The position numbers were made by a program, and so were the translations under genes. From an uncultured virus (IMG/VR IMGVR_UViG_3300036770_002758) (lineage: Duplodnaviria; Heunggongvirae; Uroviricota; Caudoviricetes), in the IMG/VR virus record IMGVR_UViG_3300036770_002758: a stretch of DNA of 64,000 nucleotides; one strand, given 5' to 3'. Under the pieces are notes generated by a model that worked only from the letters and a program-made list of their open reading frames with translations, made no database searches and was not told the DNA's origin. This document shows, piece after piece, positions 28,795 to 38,714 of this stretch. Numbering within the stretch: the first letter of the stretch is position 1; the number at the start of each line of letters is the position of its first letter.

Positions 28795-29046
28795 TTACCA
28801 TTTTACTTTGTTGGCCCAGTACGCAGCGCTCATTTTTCCTTTCGATATGTTACTCGCATGGCGGGCTTTGAAGGCTTTATTGCGGGCGGACCCTTCGGGG
28901 GATCCCTTCACCCCCTGCTGACCAAAACGGATGATCTTTTCTTTTCCGTTTGAACAGGCTTTGACCACGTGACTTTTCTTGGGGTGGTCGGGCGTCGATC
29001 GGGGGGAGTTACACTTCATGCCCCTTGCGATTAAACCTTTGCTCAT
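28795..29046 (-). CDS. small basic phage protein
   Basis: HPKKSHVVKAC...KIIRFGQQG...FKARH...SAAYWANKVKW motif. Confidence 0.75.
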   Translation of the reverse strand: MSKGLIARGMKCNSPRSTPDHPKKSHVVKACSNGKEKIIRFGQQGVKGSPEGSARNKAFKARHASNISKGKMSAAYWANKVKW

Positions 29047-31214
29047 ATCCCACTCCCCATCTGCATTTTCAGTCTACGCTCGGCGGCGAACAGGTTCTGC
29101 TTGCTGCGCTCCTTGATCGCCGTCTCGCCCAGCTTGGCCTTAATCTGCTCGAGAGACAGGTTGTTGGCGTTGGCCAGCTTCAGCATTTCCAGCTCGATCA
29201 TCTGCGCGCGCTCTTCGCGGCGGGCGTTGATGCCCTCCTGCGCGATCTGCAGGCGAGTCTGCAGCTCCGCCAGGTCGCCTTCGTTCTGCGCCTGCGTGCG
29301 GGCGAGGTCTGTCTCGGCGCGTATGCGGGCCGCCGCGATGCGGGGGTCTTCGGCCTGGCCCTGCGACGCGGCTTGACGTTCTGCCTCGAGGATCGCCTCG
29401 ATCTCTTCGTCGGACTTGAATACCTCGGTCGGGTCGACGTGCTGCGCCTGAAGGGCGCGCTCGAACAGTTTCTTCGGGTCGAGGAACTTGCCGTAAATGG
29501 GGTTGGCGCCGGCCGCCAGCAGCTGCAGGAAAGCCTGGTTCTGGATGTCGCGGACGATCAGCGTCGAACTGCCGCGGGCGTCCACCGAGAAGTCGCCCTT
29601 GATCGACTCGTCCTCGTTGTACAGCATGTTCCAGTCGTAATACCGGCGGATGTGCGGCTTGGTCAGCATGTCATCGAATTGCTTGACCAAGCGTTTAAGT
29701 ACGACGTTCGCAGAGGTCATCAGCATCTGCATACCGCCGACGGTATCAGGCGCCGTGCCCTGCTCGCCCTGCATGAGGGTCGGCACGCCGGTCTCCGCGT
29801 CAGACAGCGCCATCGCCATCTCGATGATGTTCGCCAGCTCACCCTGGTGGCTGCTGAACTCGAACGTGGCGAAAGCCTTGCTCACGTCGTCCACGTCGTC
29901 CGTGGCGTACCAGATCTTGCGGGCCGACAGCTGCCACTGCTTGTCAGCGGGCTGGATGACGCCAGGTTTGACGACGATCTGCGGGCCGCTGGTGACCCCT
30001 GCGTTGTCCATCATTTGACGCCAGGCGGCGTTCAGCACGCGCTGCTGGGCGCGCATAAGGTACGGCACCCCGTAGCCCCAGATGGTGTTGCCGGCCTTCT
30101 CCCAGATGAACGCGTCGTAAGGCAGGGATCCGTCCTCGAGGGGGTTCAGAAACGCCCGCACGACGGTGTCGTTGATCATGACCACCGTCGCGCTGAGTGT
30201 GCGCAGGGGGTCCTTCTCGCCGATCTCGACGCCAGCCGCGACCAGGTCTTCGTAGTCCACCTCGCCGGTGTACTCCCACTTCTCGAACAGGTCGTCGGCG
30301 ATGTCGGTGATCTCCTCGTCGCGGATCTCCTGCAGCGCGCGGCTGCGCTTGGGGCCTTCCTCGAGCACTTTCCGCAGCTGGTCTTCCATGTAGCCCTTCT
30401 GCTTGGCCAGCTCGCGCACGCGCTTGGCGGTCAGCTCTTCGCGCTCGTAGATGCCCTTCCCGTTCTGCAGGTCGTTGCCGCATCCGGGATCCGGGTAGAT
30501 GTTGCGCGGGTCGACGCGGAAACTGGCAGGGGCGCGCTCTTCGATGAACACCATCACCTGCGCGGATTTGCCATCAGGCCCAGTCTGCTTCTTCCATGCC
30601 CGGCGGAATCGGTTCATCACCACCGGGCCTTTCAAAATGCCCGTGCCGAACTTGGCCGCGTCGTGGATGACCGCCCTCAGCTCGGCGTTGTAGTTGCACT
30701 CGACCAGCTGGTCCTCGATCGTGGTCTGCATGCCCTTCGCCTTTTTCTTGGCGTCGGCCATGATCGCCCTGGCCACCTGCTTCATGGTGACCGGATTACC
30801 CTGCTGGTCGGTAACCGGGGCGCCGGTCAAGGGATCCACCGCCGCGCCTTGGTCAGATATTAGCTCGCTGATGCTGGGCTCGGGGGTCGGCATGATCCCC
30901 CAGTTGCGGTCGTCAGTCGGCAACAGAATGTCAGCGATCCTGGCCTCCGCGGCGTTCGTCTTTTGCCGCGTGACGCCGATGTAGACGGTCGACCGGTGCG
31001 CACGGGCGTGCTGCGTCGTGACCGGGTAGCCCTGTTCGACGCTGGTCATCATCTGCGACGCAGCGCGGTTAACGTTGTCCTTGCTGTTGTACTGGTCCTC
31101 GTCCTCGAGCCAGCGCTTGTCGACGCCGGCTGACGCGCGGGCGCGGATCCAGGTATCCCGCTGCCGGCCGAGGGCCATGCCAAACATGCGCAGCTTGCTG
31201 ATCTCGTTTTCCAT
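29043..31214 (-). CDS. portal protein (phage A)
   Basis: ~720 aa; RSTVYIGVTRQK...GTGILKGP...RVDP.N.YPDP...WGYGVP...ETGVP...GDFSVDARGS; probable ATG at 31214. Confidence 0.9.
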   Translation of the reverse strand: MENEISKLRMFGMALGRQRDTWIRARASAGVDKRWLEDEDQYNSKDNVNRAASQMMTSVEQGYPVTTQHARAHRSTVYIGVTRQKTNAAEARIADILLPTDDRNWGIMPTPEPSISELISDQGAAVDPLTGAPVTDQQGNPVTMKQVARAIMADAKKKAKGMQTTIEDQLVECNYNAELRAVIHDAAKFGTGILKGPVVMNRFRRAWKKQTGPDGKSAQVMVFIEERAPASFRVDPRNIYPDPGCGNDLQNGKGIYEREELTAKRVRELAKQKGYMEDQLRKVLEEGPKRSRALQEIRDEEITDIADDLFEKWEYTGEVDYEDLVAAGVEIGEKDPLRTLSATVVMINDTVVRAFLNPLEDGSLPYDAFIWEKAGNTIWGYGVPYLMRAQQRVLNAAWRQMMDNAGVTSGPQIVVKPGVIQPADKQWQLSARKIWYATDDVDDVSKAFATFEFSSHQGELANIIEMAMALSDAETGVPTLMQGEQGTAPDTVGGMQMLMTSANVVLKRLVKQFDDMLTKPHIRRYYDWNMLYNEDESIKGDFSVDARGSSTLIVRDIQNQAFLQLLAAGANPIYGKFLDPKKLFERALQAQHVDPTEVFKSDEEIEAILEAERQAASQGQAEDPRIAAARIRAETDLARTQAQNEGDLAELQTRLQIAQEGINARREERAQMIELEMLKLANANNLSLEQIKAKLGETAIKERSKQNLFAAERRLKMQMGSGI

Positions 31215-31216
31215 CT

Positions 31217-31348
31217 TCAAACCCTTCGCCTACGGCGCAAAATCAGCGCCATCATACTCCCGCCGTCGCCCTCGCCGCCTGCGTCAAACGCAAACGCCTG
31301 GACGCTGAAACTCTGCGTGAAAAAAGCCGTCGATGAAAATGCAGCCAT
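31217..31348 (-). CDS. small protein MAAFSSTAFFTQSFSVQAFAFD...RRRRRV (not in ORF track)
   Basis: 43 aa; TGATG overlap with the 1147-aa gene; stop is 2 nt before the portal ATG. Confidence 0.65.
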   Translation of the reverse strand: MAAFSSTAFFTQSFSVQAFAFDAGGEGDGGSMMALILRRRRRV

Positions 31349-34300
31349 CATGGAACACCTCGCCACAGATCCGCCGGGACGCCGGTACCGGTAACCGTCG
31401 CGTTGTTCATCTTACGGACGTCCGAGTGGATTGGTGTGGTCTGCGCAGCAGTCAGCACTGCCGTGGCGTTGGCCGTGCTATCTGGAATGCTCATCAGCTT
31501 GGCCGACTCGGCTGGCGTCAGGGCGGAGCCGCCGACGCTCACAGTGTAAACCTTGCCGGCGTACAGCGTAATCGACCCGCCGCCAGAGGTGCTGGACACC
31601 ACAGGAGCCAGGCCGTCGTCACGGTACAAACGAAGATCACCAGTGAAGATCACGCCGGTCGATGCGGTGTTGTCCAGCTTCAGGTTGATTCGATCAGTGA
31701 CCACCTTGTAGTTGCCAGCGTCTTCCGCCACCAGCCCGCCGATCAGCGTGCGGATACCGTCGGCTGTCGTGCGCTCTTTGCACCACCAAGCGTACAGACG
31801 AGTAATGCTCGTCGAGCCATCTGGGTCGTTGATATCGACCTGAACGTTCGGGTAATCGAACACAAACTCGGTAACCGTCGAGCCGTCAATTGCGTTGGCT
31901 TGGTAAATGTCGTCATTAGTCTGCGCCGCCAGTAGCGCAAAACCATCATCGTTCGCCAGCGCGAAACCCTCGTAGCCAATAGATGCCGTCGCACCGCCAA
32001 ACCATGCCAGCCTGATTCGCAGCGTATCGCCGTCCGAAATGCCCGTGCCGTTGTTGTAGTCGTATGTGTAGCTGGTGCCGGTGACTACACGGTTGACGAT
32101 TTCGGTGGAGGTCGTGACGTTGTAAATCTGTAGCCGTGATCCCGCGATCATGTTTGTAATTACGCCTTGGCGGTCTGTTGGCAGCGGGTACTGCCGCACA
32201 TAGTCCGTCGCCGTGGTGTCGGCTGGAATCTTGATGTAACGAAGACCGTTACTAGTGCTAGCCGTCAACACCCTTGCCCGCACCTTGAGCTTGATGCCGT
32301 CGATGGGGTCAATCACTTCGTTTGCGATATCTTTCCAGATCGCGCAATAGGTCGGATTGGATGTCGTGATGTTGTTGGACAGCGTAATCGTGACAAAACT
32401 CGCCCCAACAGAAATATTAGTGATCGTCGTGCCAGCGGGAAAGTTCACTAAGTTGCCTTGAATGTAGTCGCCCACTTGCGGGGTGCGGGTCAACGTGTCC
32501 CAGTCGGTAAGAGTCAATGCAATAGTGTTTGTGCCTGCCGTGCCAAGACTGTTTCGTCGAACAAAGCTGACCAGATGCGTCCACGCACTAAAACCTGCGC
32601 CGTCGTTTTTGTTGATCTGGTAATCCAACTCAAAGTTTTGCGGGTTGCCACCTTCTAACAAAAACGTGTTGGCGGCGGCTGTTTGCTTTCCAATGCCAGT
32701 CCAGCCAATCGCGTAATACGGCATTGTCCACGTCACCGTGTCCGTGGTCTGCGTCATTGTGATCGAGCCAGCCGATGTAAAACCTGATCCGTTTGCGGCG
32801 TCGAGCGTGAACGAACACTGGTCAGCAGTTCCTGTTGTCGGTTCGTGACCCGTGATGATGAACGAGCCTGTCGTGCTGCTCTGAAACGTGTCGCGCCAGT
32901 GTGAACCGTAGACCGCCGACTCGCCAGTAGTAAGCTGATCGACCCAAGAGCATCCTTCAACCAGCGTATTAATTGACTGAAGTCTTTGCGTGACCGTGTT
33001 ATTCGACCATACGTTAATTAGGTTTACATTCTGTGCTGTATTGGCAGCGTTGATGGCTCCGACTGTGGTGCCTCGAAAATTGTTCACATAGCATCGGCGC
33101 AAAGTAACGTCTATGCAAACTGACGCTGACAGAAGATAGTTTGGACGATTACTTACCGCACTGCCTCCATCAAGCGGAACCGCCGCTGTGCCGATGTTTC
33201 GCGCTTCCACTCGCAACGATCCAGAGGCAACCGTAATGATAGCCGTGGACGGAAGGACGTTGTTCAGGCCGGCATAAGCCTCAAAACCGTCGATAAAAAT
33301 ATCTGTTGCTGCAGTTGTAATGGCATAAGCCGTAGCTGGCGCAGTCAGGTTAGTTTCTATTGCAAGTTTGTCTGCGTATTTAAAGTCGCTGATATTTAGC
33401 TTGCTGCAAGATGTAATGTTTAAAATTCCACCCACGCCGCTGCAATCAACAATGTTTGAATTACTCAAACGCGCCAGATTCATTGCATAAACGGTGCCCG
33501 ATGTACGTTCAGGGGTTGTGTTGTTAGCGCCGAATAAATCGCCCTGCATTCGGGTAAACGTAAAACCATCGCAGTCAGCAACAGTAAATGCTGCTACAGC
33601 ATTTGTGCCGTTCAGGCGAGTGACTCGACAGTCGGTAACAGTGCCGCCGTTAAAACTGTTGGTGAGACTTAATGTTCCCCCAGCGGCGATAACACCACTT
33701 GGAGACACACCACAATTAGTTACCGCTGTGTTATTTCCGGTGTTGCTTAAAGATACGCTGTCGGCAAAAGAACAATTAGTCAGAGCGACGTTAAAAGCGT
33801 TGCTTGTAACTATGTACCAGTTGCACGACGCATAGGACATGACGAGCGACCCAGCAGAAGTCGTAACCGTGTCGTAACGGGTAGCGATAGTCGCATTTAG
33901 CGTGTTGGAATCGTAATTGGTTGCTGGTGCGCTGGACAGGATTACATTAGGAACCCGCACCTTGCAGCCACTGGCTGGCTTGTAACCGCTGGTCGTTCCG
34001 GTGCGCTTGGCAATCTCGATAACACCAGTGGCGAACGTCATGCCGAAGAACTTGCCGCGAGCATCGGTCGGCACCAGCGGGACACCGCTTGCTTCTACGC
34101 CCCAGCGGTCGGCGGCATAGTTCCATATTTCATAGACGCCAGATCCTGCGGATGTCTCGACCCAGATGGACGGACACATATCGGCCACAGGAAACTGGAA
34201 AGTTTGGTCGTCCGTGCCGTCCGTGGTGCCGATCTCGTACCAGTCGCCGTCCAACTCAAACGTGGCAAGACGAGGAATCGTGAGCGACGTCGCCTCACGG

Positions 34301-34791
34301 CCCACCACATGAATCCATGACCGCTTGCCCGCACCAGACGCCGTGACCGTAGCGCCACCGGGCAGAGTGATCGTCTCACCCGACTGGAAGGTTCCGGTCT
34401 TGGAACGCAGCTTGATGAAGCCAGTGCCGGGCATAGCCGCGCCAGCCGTAGCAGGGTCAAGCGAGCCAGTGGCCCAGACGCGAGTCAATTCACCCGTCGC
34501 GCCCGAGGTGCCGCCGGTGACGCCGTTGGAACCAAGCGCGTTCTGCGTCGGCACGTTGCCACTGGAGGCCGAGAACGGCACCTCCCAGACCTGCGTGCCG
34601 TCGATCAGAAACGAACCGCCCAGCGTGCCAGACAGCGTGACCGCACCAAACACCGCAGCCTGCTGGTTCCAGCGAACGTCGGCGTTAACGGTTACCGAAC
34701 CACCATTGATCGTGATGACCTCGCCATCGAGGAGGCCAGAAATAGCAGCGTCATCATAATTGACTACGGTGGTGACTGTTTGGTTTGCCAT
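31348..34791 (-). CDS. large beta-rich virion protein (putative spike/fibre with a beta-helix middle)
   Basis: 1147 aa, Thr/Gly/Asn-rich; central repeats resemble a parallel beta-helix; N-terminal GGTSGATG domain resembles the tail-protein inserts. Confidence 0.75.
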   Translation of the reverse strand: MANQTVTTVVNYDDAAISGLLDGEVITINGGSVTVNADVRWNQQAAVFGAVTLSGTLGGSFLIDGTQVWEVPFSASSGNVPTQNALGSNGVTGGTSGATGELTRVWATGSLDPATAGAAMPGTGFIKLRSKTGTFQSGETITLPGGATVTASGAGKRSWIHVVGREATSLTIPRLATFELDGDWYEIGTTDGTDDQTFQFPVADMCPSIWVETSAGSGVYEIWNYAADRWGVEASGVPLVPTDARGKFFGMTFATGVIEIAKRTGTTSGYKPASGCKVRVPNVILSSAPATNYDSNTLNATIATRYDTVTTSAGSLVMSYASCNWYIVTSNAFNVALTNCSFADSVSLSNTGNNTAVTNCGVSPSGVIAAGGTLSLTNSFNGGTVTDCRVTRLNGTNAVAAFTVADCDGFTFTRMQGDLFGANNTTPERTSGTVYAMNLARLSNSNIVDCSGVGGILNITSCSKLNISDFKYADKLAIETNLTAPATAYAITTAATDIFIDGFEAYAGLNNVLPSTAIITVASGSLRVEARNIGTAAVPLDGGSAVSNRPNYLLSASVCIDVTLRRCYVNNFRGTTVGAINAANTAQNVNLINVWSNNTVTQRLQSINTLVEGCSWVDQLTTGESAVYGSHWRDTFQSSTTGSFIITGHEPTTGTADQCSFTLDAANGSGFTSAGSITMTQTTDTVTWTMPYYAIGWTGIGKQTAAANTFLLEGGNPQNFELDYQINKNDGAGFSAWTHLVSFVRRNSLGTAGTNTIALTLTDWDTLTRTPQVGDYIQGNLVNFPAGTTITNISVGASFVTITLSNNITTSNPTYCAIWKDIANEVIDPIDGIKLKVRARVLTASTSNGLRYIKIPADTTATDYVRQYPLPTDRQGVITNMIAGSRLQIYNVTTSTEIVNRVVTGTSYTYDYNNGTGISDGDTLRIRLAWFGGATASIGYEGFALANDDGFALLAAQTNDDIYQANAIDGSTVTEFVFDYPNVQVDINDPDGSTSITRLYAWWCKERTTADGIRTLIGGLVAEDAGNYKVVTDRINLKLDNTASTGVIFTGDLRLYRDDGLAPVVSSTSGGGSITLYAGKVYTVSVGGSALTPAESAKLMSIPDSTANATAVLTAAQTTPIHSDVRKMNNATVTGTGVPADLWRGVP

Positions 34792-35450
34792 TAAGAAGTA
34801 ACCTCAGTGATCGAAGTCAACACACCGTCAGTGTAGTTGAATGTCTTTGTTATTGTCTCGGTATCTTTGACGTAAACCAAAGTAGTCAATACACCATCAG
34901 TGTAGGCAAATGTTTTGTAGTTTCCGCTGTCATAATCAATACGGGTAAGAACACCACTGGTATAAGTAAATACAGGGTTAATTTCCCTGAATGCTGTGCC
35001 ACCGCCGCCACCTTCTTCACTGCGGTTGATAACAACACTGGTATTGGAAGTAAGGTTGTTACCTTCTGTTCTGATCTCACCTGCATCAATCTCTTGACCG
35101 TCAGACAGGTTTACAACAAGATGATTGTCAAAGTCTACTCGGACATCAACGACACTAATGCCCTGTGGGCCAGCAGGGCCGTCTTCGCCTTTAGGGCCAG
35201 GCAGACCCATGTCGCCACGTTCGCCCTTCTCACCGGGAAGACCACGTTCACCTGCTGGGCCTCTATCGCCCTTGTCTCCCTTTTCTCCTTGCAAAGGCAC
35301 AAGAGCCTGTTTGGCTGCAAGTGCCTGAATGGCTTTGTTGACTTCAGTAATCTCAGAAGAGAACTTGTCATCCAAAGCAATTAGCTTACGGTCTTCCAAC
35401 TTTGATTGCAGAGACCGCACTTTGTTTTCAAAGTTGGTCAAGTTACTCAC
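34791..35450 (-). CDS. collagen-like repeat virion protein
   Basis: About 15 G-X-Y triplets ([16 protein letters not shown]...) then [14 protein letters not shown]. Confidence 0.8.
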   Translation of the reverse strand: MSNLTNFENKVRSLQSKLEDRKLIALDDKFSSEITEVNKAIQALAAKQALVPLQGEKGDKGDRGPAGERGLPGEKGERGDMGLPGPKGEDGPAGPQGISVVDVRVDFDNHLVVNLSDGQEIDAGEIRTEGNNLTSNTSVVINRSEEGGGGGTAFREINPVFTYTSGVLTRIDYDSGNYKTFAYTDGVLTTLVYVKDTETITKTFNYTDGVLTSITEVTS

Positions 35451-37455
35451 TCGTCAGTCTCCGCATCAGTTCTGACTCCATATCGGCAGCAGATGCTTCC
35501 CTTTGTTCCTTCTTCTCCAGAACGGCAACCTTACGTTCTTCCAGAAGGGCTTGGAGCAGCTTCAGACGCTTTTCAAACTCATTGCCATTGTCTGACTCTT
35601 TGAGGTTGTTAGATGCTGCCTGAGCGAGCTTGATGCGTAGCTCAACAGGGATAGCACTACGTTCCATAAGAATCTTCTCAGCACGGGCATTGGACTCAGC
35701 GGCCTGACTTTCCAATGCGGCAGACTGGGAGTTCTTGAAGCGCATGTCGGCTTCCATTGCCATCTGCTGTGCCTGTTGCTGCTCTGGCGAGGGCTGCTGG
35801 GCCTGTTGCATTGCAGCAATGAGTTCTTCACGGTTGCTCAGGCTCATGTTGTCAATGATGCTTTGGATGAGCACAGGGTACAACGGAGACTCCTGAGACA
35901 TTGTTTGGAGCAACTGGACAAGCTGGGTCACTTCATACTCACGGGCAATGATGCCCAACGAGCTTGTAGCTACAAACTTGTAGTCACTGACCGGATAGGA
36001 TTCCGGGTCAAACTGCATGTAGCGCCATGCTGCCTTTTCGACAAACGGGATGATAAAGGCATCTTGAAAATTAATCAAGGTACGCTTGTGGCGCTTAATG
36101 ATGGCACCCAGACTCATTGAGATGCCCGCTGCGGTCGCTTCGCCATTGATGCTACCGGGGATGCCAGCAGAGTCAATCGCGCCCGTAGCCATCTGTAGCA
36201 TCCTCTGGAGCGATTCGGCTTGGGCAAAGGTGACCTGATTGACCTGACCCAGATTGATGGGTTCAATGATCTCGGACGGACGGCCAATAGTCAGGATGGT
36301 CTTACCGGGACGAACATCGGTGGTCATGCCACGAGGCAGACGGGTAGAATCAATGCCCATCATTGGGTGCACAGTCAGGGCCAGTGCGTCCTGACGAGCA
36401 CGTAGTTCAGCATCCAGTGCCTTCTGGCTGTTGTAGCCCTTCTCACAGATGCCACGGCCCCAGAAGCGACCAGGAACAACATCCCACGGGAAGGCAACGA
36501 CAGGACGGTCCTGCATCATGTACGGATTGGCTTCAGCCTTCAGCAAGTCACCACCATTGGCAAGAACTACGATGGCCTCTACATAATAGCTATCTTCTTC
36601 ATCTTCCCCTACGCCCAGTTCTTCAACTTCCATACCGTCTTCTTGGGCAGCTTTGAGCAAGGCACGAGGCACCAAGCCGTAGTAAGTGGTCTTACGGGCC
36701 TTGTAGCTTTCAGGGGCAGTAAGGGTCTTGTCTTCCTCAAGATCAAGGTCATTCTGCATACTGCTAATGGCAATCTTGCGATAGACACCTTTTTCCTGAA
36801 GCTGCTGAATTGTGTGTACAGGTACAAACTCATCAATGGCACAGCCAAGGGCTTCGTCAATTGTGCAAGCAGCAGGGTCGATCAGGAAGTTCTGGGGCTG
36901 GATAGGACGCATCTTGACCACAGTGCGTTCCTTGATGTTTACCCCAACGGCCTGTAGCTGTCCGTCCATAATGGGCTGAGTGGCAGGAGCCATCTCTTTT
37001 ACTTCTTCAAGGACCACTTCGGCAATGCCAGTACCGTACACAGCGGCATTGATGAGTGCTTCGGCAATAGCCTTCCTGATCTTCTGCTTACGAAAGTCGT
37101 CATGCAGACGATTCTTCAGGAACTCAATGTCCCCTTTCTCTTGGTCGTTGGCATCGTCTTCAATGTCAAACCAAGGACCACGGCCAAAGGTGGCCTCTTC
37201 GATCTCAGCGACAGAAGACTCTACGGCCTGCTGCGTAGCAGGACTGATAAGTCGGCTGCGCTCAGACTCGCGTGTCTTGTCCTCAGCGGCCCATACGCCA
37301 CGCCAAATGCGGTAGTATTCGTCATGCTGGCGTTCATAATTATTTTCGTAATGGTCTCTCCATGATTCCACTTTGTCCATGATCCATCCGGCTAAGGACT
37401 CTTCCTGAACAAAGGTCTCACCGTCTTCAAAATTGATTTCTTCAATCATCATCAA
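35443..37455 (-). CDS. portal protein (phage B)
   Basis: RSRLISPATQQAVE...YGTGIAE...NFLIDP...RFWGRGICEKGYNSQKALD; directly after the terminase. Confidence 0.92.
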   Translation of the reverse strand: MMMIEEINFEDGETFVQEESLAGWIMDKVESWRDHYENNYERQHDEYYRIWRGVWAAEDKTRESERSRLISPATQQAVESSVAEIEEATFGRGPWFDIEDDANDQEKGDIEFLKNRLHDDFRKQKIRKAIAEALINAAVYGTGIAEVVLEEVKEMAPATQPIMDGQLQAVGVNIKERTVVKMRPIQPQNFLIDPAACTIDEALGCAIDEFVPVHTIQQLQEKGVYRKIAISSMQNDLDLEEDKTLTAPESYKARKTTYYGLVPRALLKAAQEDGMEVEELGVGEDEEDSYYVEAIVVLANGGDLLKAEANPYMMQDRPVVAFPWDVVPGRFWGRGICEKGYNSQKALDAELRARQDALALTVHPMMGIDSTRLPRGMTTDVRPGKTILTIGRPSEIIEPINLGQVNQVTFAQAESLQRMLQMATGAIDSAGIPGSINGEATAAGISMSLGAIIKRHKRTLINFQDAFIIPFVEKAAWRYMQFDPESYPVSDYKFVATSSLGIIAREYEVTQLVQLLQTMSQESPLYPVLIQSIIDNMSLSNREELIAAMQQAQQPSPEQQQAQQMAMEADMRFKNSQSAALESQAAESNARAEKILMERSAIPVELRIKLAQAASNNLKESDNGNEFEKRLKLLQALLEERKVAVLEKKEQREASAADMESELMRRLTSE

Positions 37456-38714
37456 TAGCCCGAAAGAATGTCAAGAGGAACGTAATTAGTGTCTTCAAAG
37501 TCGTCAATGCCATATGGCACAACTGCCAATTGGTCAATGTAGCTGAGAGCATCGACAAGGTCATCATGGGTCAAGGCCGATGGGAATTGGAAAAGTTGGT
37601 CGAGAAATTGCTCGTTCCAGTCGCCCTTGTTAAGCGTAATGCGGCCATGCTCGAAGCGGCCCTGTAGTGCCCACACAACCCTGTCTGTCTTCTTTTGGTT
37701 GCCGTGGGTTAGTTCTTTGACATTGAAATACTTGTTGTAGCGCCGTTGAAGGTCCGACAAGGGAGACATAACGGCCTGTCTGGCAATGCCCTTTTCGATC
37801 CCTACAGATACGGGACGCACTTCGGTAACTGCCTGGAATATCTTGTTGGCTGTTTCGTTAAGCTCCCAACGACCACGGATGATGTCCTTGATCCACCAGT
37901 CCCCACTGGGTGTTACCTTGACGACAGCAATGGCCGATTCGTCAAGACGGCTATTTTTGCTCTTGGCCTTGCCAACCTCTTGGAAGCCTGCAAGGTCAAT
38001 TGCAATGTAGTAGTCACCAAGTTCTGGTTCTACGCCGTACTTGATCCACTCTTCTTTAAATATCTCAGAGCCTTGTGCCTCAAAGGAGGCCATGTACTCT
38101 TGCCTAAAGGCATAGCTGCTCATGGATCGTTTGGCAGCTTCAATTTCATTAGGATCAATCAGGGGATTATCATAACTGGTAAAGTGCCAAGCAGCCCACT
38201 CATGGTCATCACCCAGTTCGGCATATTTGTACAGGTCATAAAAGTGTGACCTGCCAGCCGGTGTTCCAATGAACAATGCACCTCCCTTCTGGTCAGATAG
38301 GGCAGGGCGAAGGATCAGTTCCCATACATCCGGTTTGATCGTGGCATACTCGTCAATGACCACATACTTTAGAGACACACCACGCATTGTCTCTGGTCGG
38401 TCAGCACCTTTAAGGCTGATGGTGGCCCCATTGATGAGGGTAATCTGCATGTTGTTTACATGGCTACCCGTGACGACAGGGTGTGCCAGTTCAAGCAGTT
38501 CTTTCCACAGAATGTCTCGTGCTGCACCTTGTGTAGGAGCCACATAGAACACATGGCCCTTCTTGGTCTGTAGGGCATTGACCACAAGGGTCCAAGCTGC
38601 CAGTCTGGTTTTACCAGTACGGCGACCTGCCGCTACGACTTTGAATCGTGCAGGGCTAGACCAGACTTCCTGCTGCCAAGGCAACAGTTTGATGTCTAGC
38701 GAAGGGCCACTCAT
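37452..38714 (-). CDS. terL: terminase large subunit
   Basis: Walker A AGRRTGKT, YVAPT, Walker B VVIDE, FIGTPAG; nuclease DLAG...HDDLVDALSY. Confidence 0.95.
   Translation of the reverse strand: MSGPSLDIKLLPWQQEVWSSPARFKVVAAGRRTGKTRLAAWTLVVNALQTKKGHVFYVAPTQGAARDILWKELLELAHPVVTGSHVNNMQITLINGATISLKGADRPETMRGVSLKYVVIDEYATIKPDVWELILRPALSDQKGGALFIGTPAGRSHFYDLYKYAELGDDHEWAAWHFTSYDNPLIDPNEIEAAKRSMSSYAFRQEYMASFEAQGSEIFKEEWIKYGVEPELGDYYIAIDLAGFQEVGKAKSKNSRLDESAIAVVKVTPSGDWWIKDIIRGRWELNETANKIFQAVTEVRPVSVGIEKGIARQAVMSPLSDLQRRYNKYFNVKELTHGNQKKTDRVVWALQGRFEHGRITLNKGDWNEQFLDQLFQFPSALTHDDLVDALSYIDQLAVVPYGIDDFEDTNYVPLDILSGY

Noticed and set aside
29025..30863. 612-aa + strand ORF antisense to the portal
   Set aside because: Same antisense shadow effect; unusual composition and no motifs.
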